Source of the DNA: a plasmid
Length of the DNA: 64,000 nt
Strand: one strand, 5' to 3'
Sequence record: NZ_CP102531.1
This document shows, in pieces, positions 63,520 to 64,000 of the stretch. The translations under genes were made by a program, and so were the position numbers. The notes under the pieces are model-generated. The model worked only from the letters and a program-made list of their open reading frames with translations, was not told where the DNA came from and ran no database searches. Each line of letters starts with the position of its first letter. Position 1 is the stretch's first letter.

Positions 63520-64000
63520 CCACGCCACTAGATGATCCAACGAGACTACCGGTACACGACATCATGTGTATTGACTGCAAGTCCTTTTACGCATCAGTTG
63601 AGGCCATTCGACGCGGCATTCACCCGCTGGCAGCTGATATTGCCGTGCTTAGCAAAGGCGATTCTCCTGGCGGCCTGGTGTTAGCTGCTAGTCCCAACTG
63701 CAAGAAACGTTACCATGTTGGCTTGAGCACGCGCCGCTTTCAATTACGGGACGACATGCAGATTGAACTGGCCGAACCACGGATGGCGGATTACATTCGC
63801 AAGAATTACGGGATTAATCGTATTTATCGCCAGTTTACTGACGATGCTTATTGGTACCCCTATTCCATTGATGAATCCTTTATTGACGTCACCCACTCAC
63901 ACAATCTCTTCGGTACCAATCAAGAAATTGCAACGCAAATTCAAAGAAAGGTGTTTGATCAGTTTGGCATTATCACGACCGTTGGGATTGGTCAGAATCC
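63516..64000 (+). CDS. Y-family DNA polymerase (UmuC/ImpB/DinB-like), 5' part; gene continues past the window end
   Basis: MTTPLDDPTRLPVHDIMCIDCKSFYASVEAIRRGIHPL... carries the characteristic D..D..SFYASVE start of Y-family polymerases. It is coupled to yolD. Confidence 0.75.
   Translation, partial: MTTPLDDPTRLPVHDIMCIDCKSFYASVEAIRRGIHPLAADIAVLSKGDSPGGLVLAASPNCKKRYHVGLSTRRFQLRDDMQIELAEPRMADYIRKNYGINRIYRQFTDDAYWYPYSIDESFIDVTHSHNLFGTNQEIATQIQRKVFDQFGIITTVGIGQN

Overview
This 64-kb window reads as a mosaic, IS-riddled conjugative megaplasmid or ICE-like segment of a Lactobacillaceae host. The lacTEGF arrangement and the cysK-ctl-cysE cluster suggest Lacticaseibacillus casei/paracasei; the host assignment is an inference from gene content. 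Coverage is by reading the sequence and ORF track only; no searches were run. Left to right, the window contains the following. (1) A RepA_N-type theta replicon (repA starting at position 1, a coupled repB-like gene, 54-bp iteron-like repeats inside repA). (2) A block of small tightly overlapping ORFs of unknown function. (3) A complete Gram-positive conjugation module on the minus strand, spanning about 5.2-24.6 kb. It comprises a DUF3991/Toprim primase, an HxDxxHxH relaxase, MobC, oriT palindromes, an ArdC-like protein, a PrgK-like three-domain peptidoglycan hydrolase, VirB4, VirB3-like and VirB6-like proteins, a VirD4 coupling protein, a PcfB-like protein and a surface adhesin. (4) larB-larC-larD-larE, the nickel-pincer (NPN) cofactor biosynthesis genes plus the LarD channel, without larA, bracketed by two of three identical IS6-family copies. 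(5) A NucA-like lipoprotein nuclease with a possible Nin-like partner. (6) A type I R-M system whose hsdS is half-size, and a cysK-ctl-cysE cysteine cluster preceded by a Cys-codon leader peptide and terminator (a candidate attenuator), together bracketed by inverted IS5-family copies. (7) The lacTEGF lactose-PTS operon with RAT/terminator leaders, bracketed by IS5 copies. (8) A resolvase/BRCT/unknown-ORF region and nested IS3/IS1182/Xre remnants. (9) A 2621-aa wall-anchored adhesin built from about 15 near-identical 282-bp (94-aa Cna-B-type) tandem repeats. (10) An intact IS3 element, an IS5 solo end, yolD and a partial umuC-like Y-family polymerase gene. No rRNA, tRNA or CRISPR array was seen. 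The 'undescribed system' candidates I can point to are unknown ORF clusters whose function I cannot determine from sequence alone; they are listed with tests rather than named.
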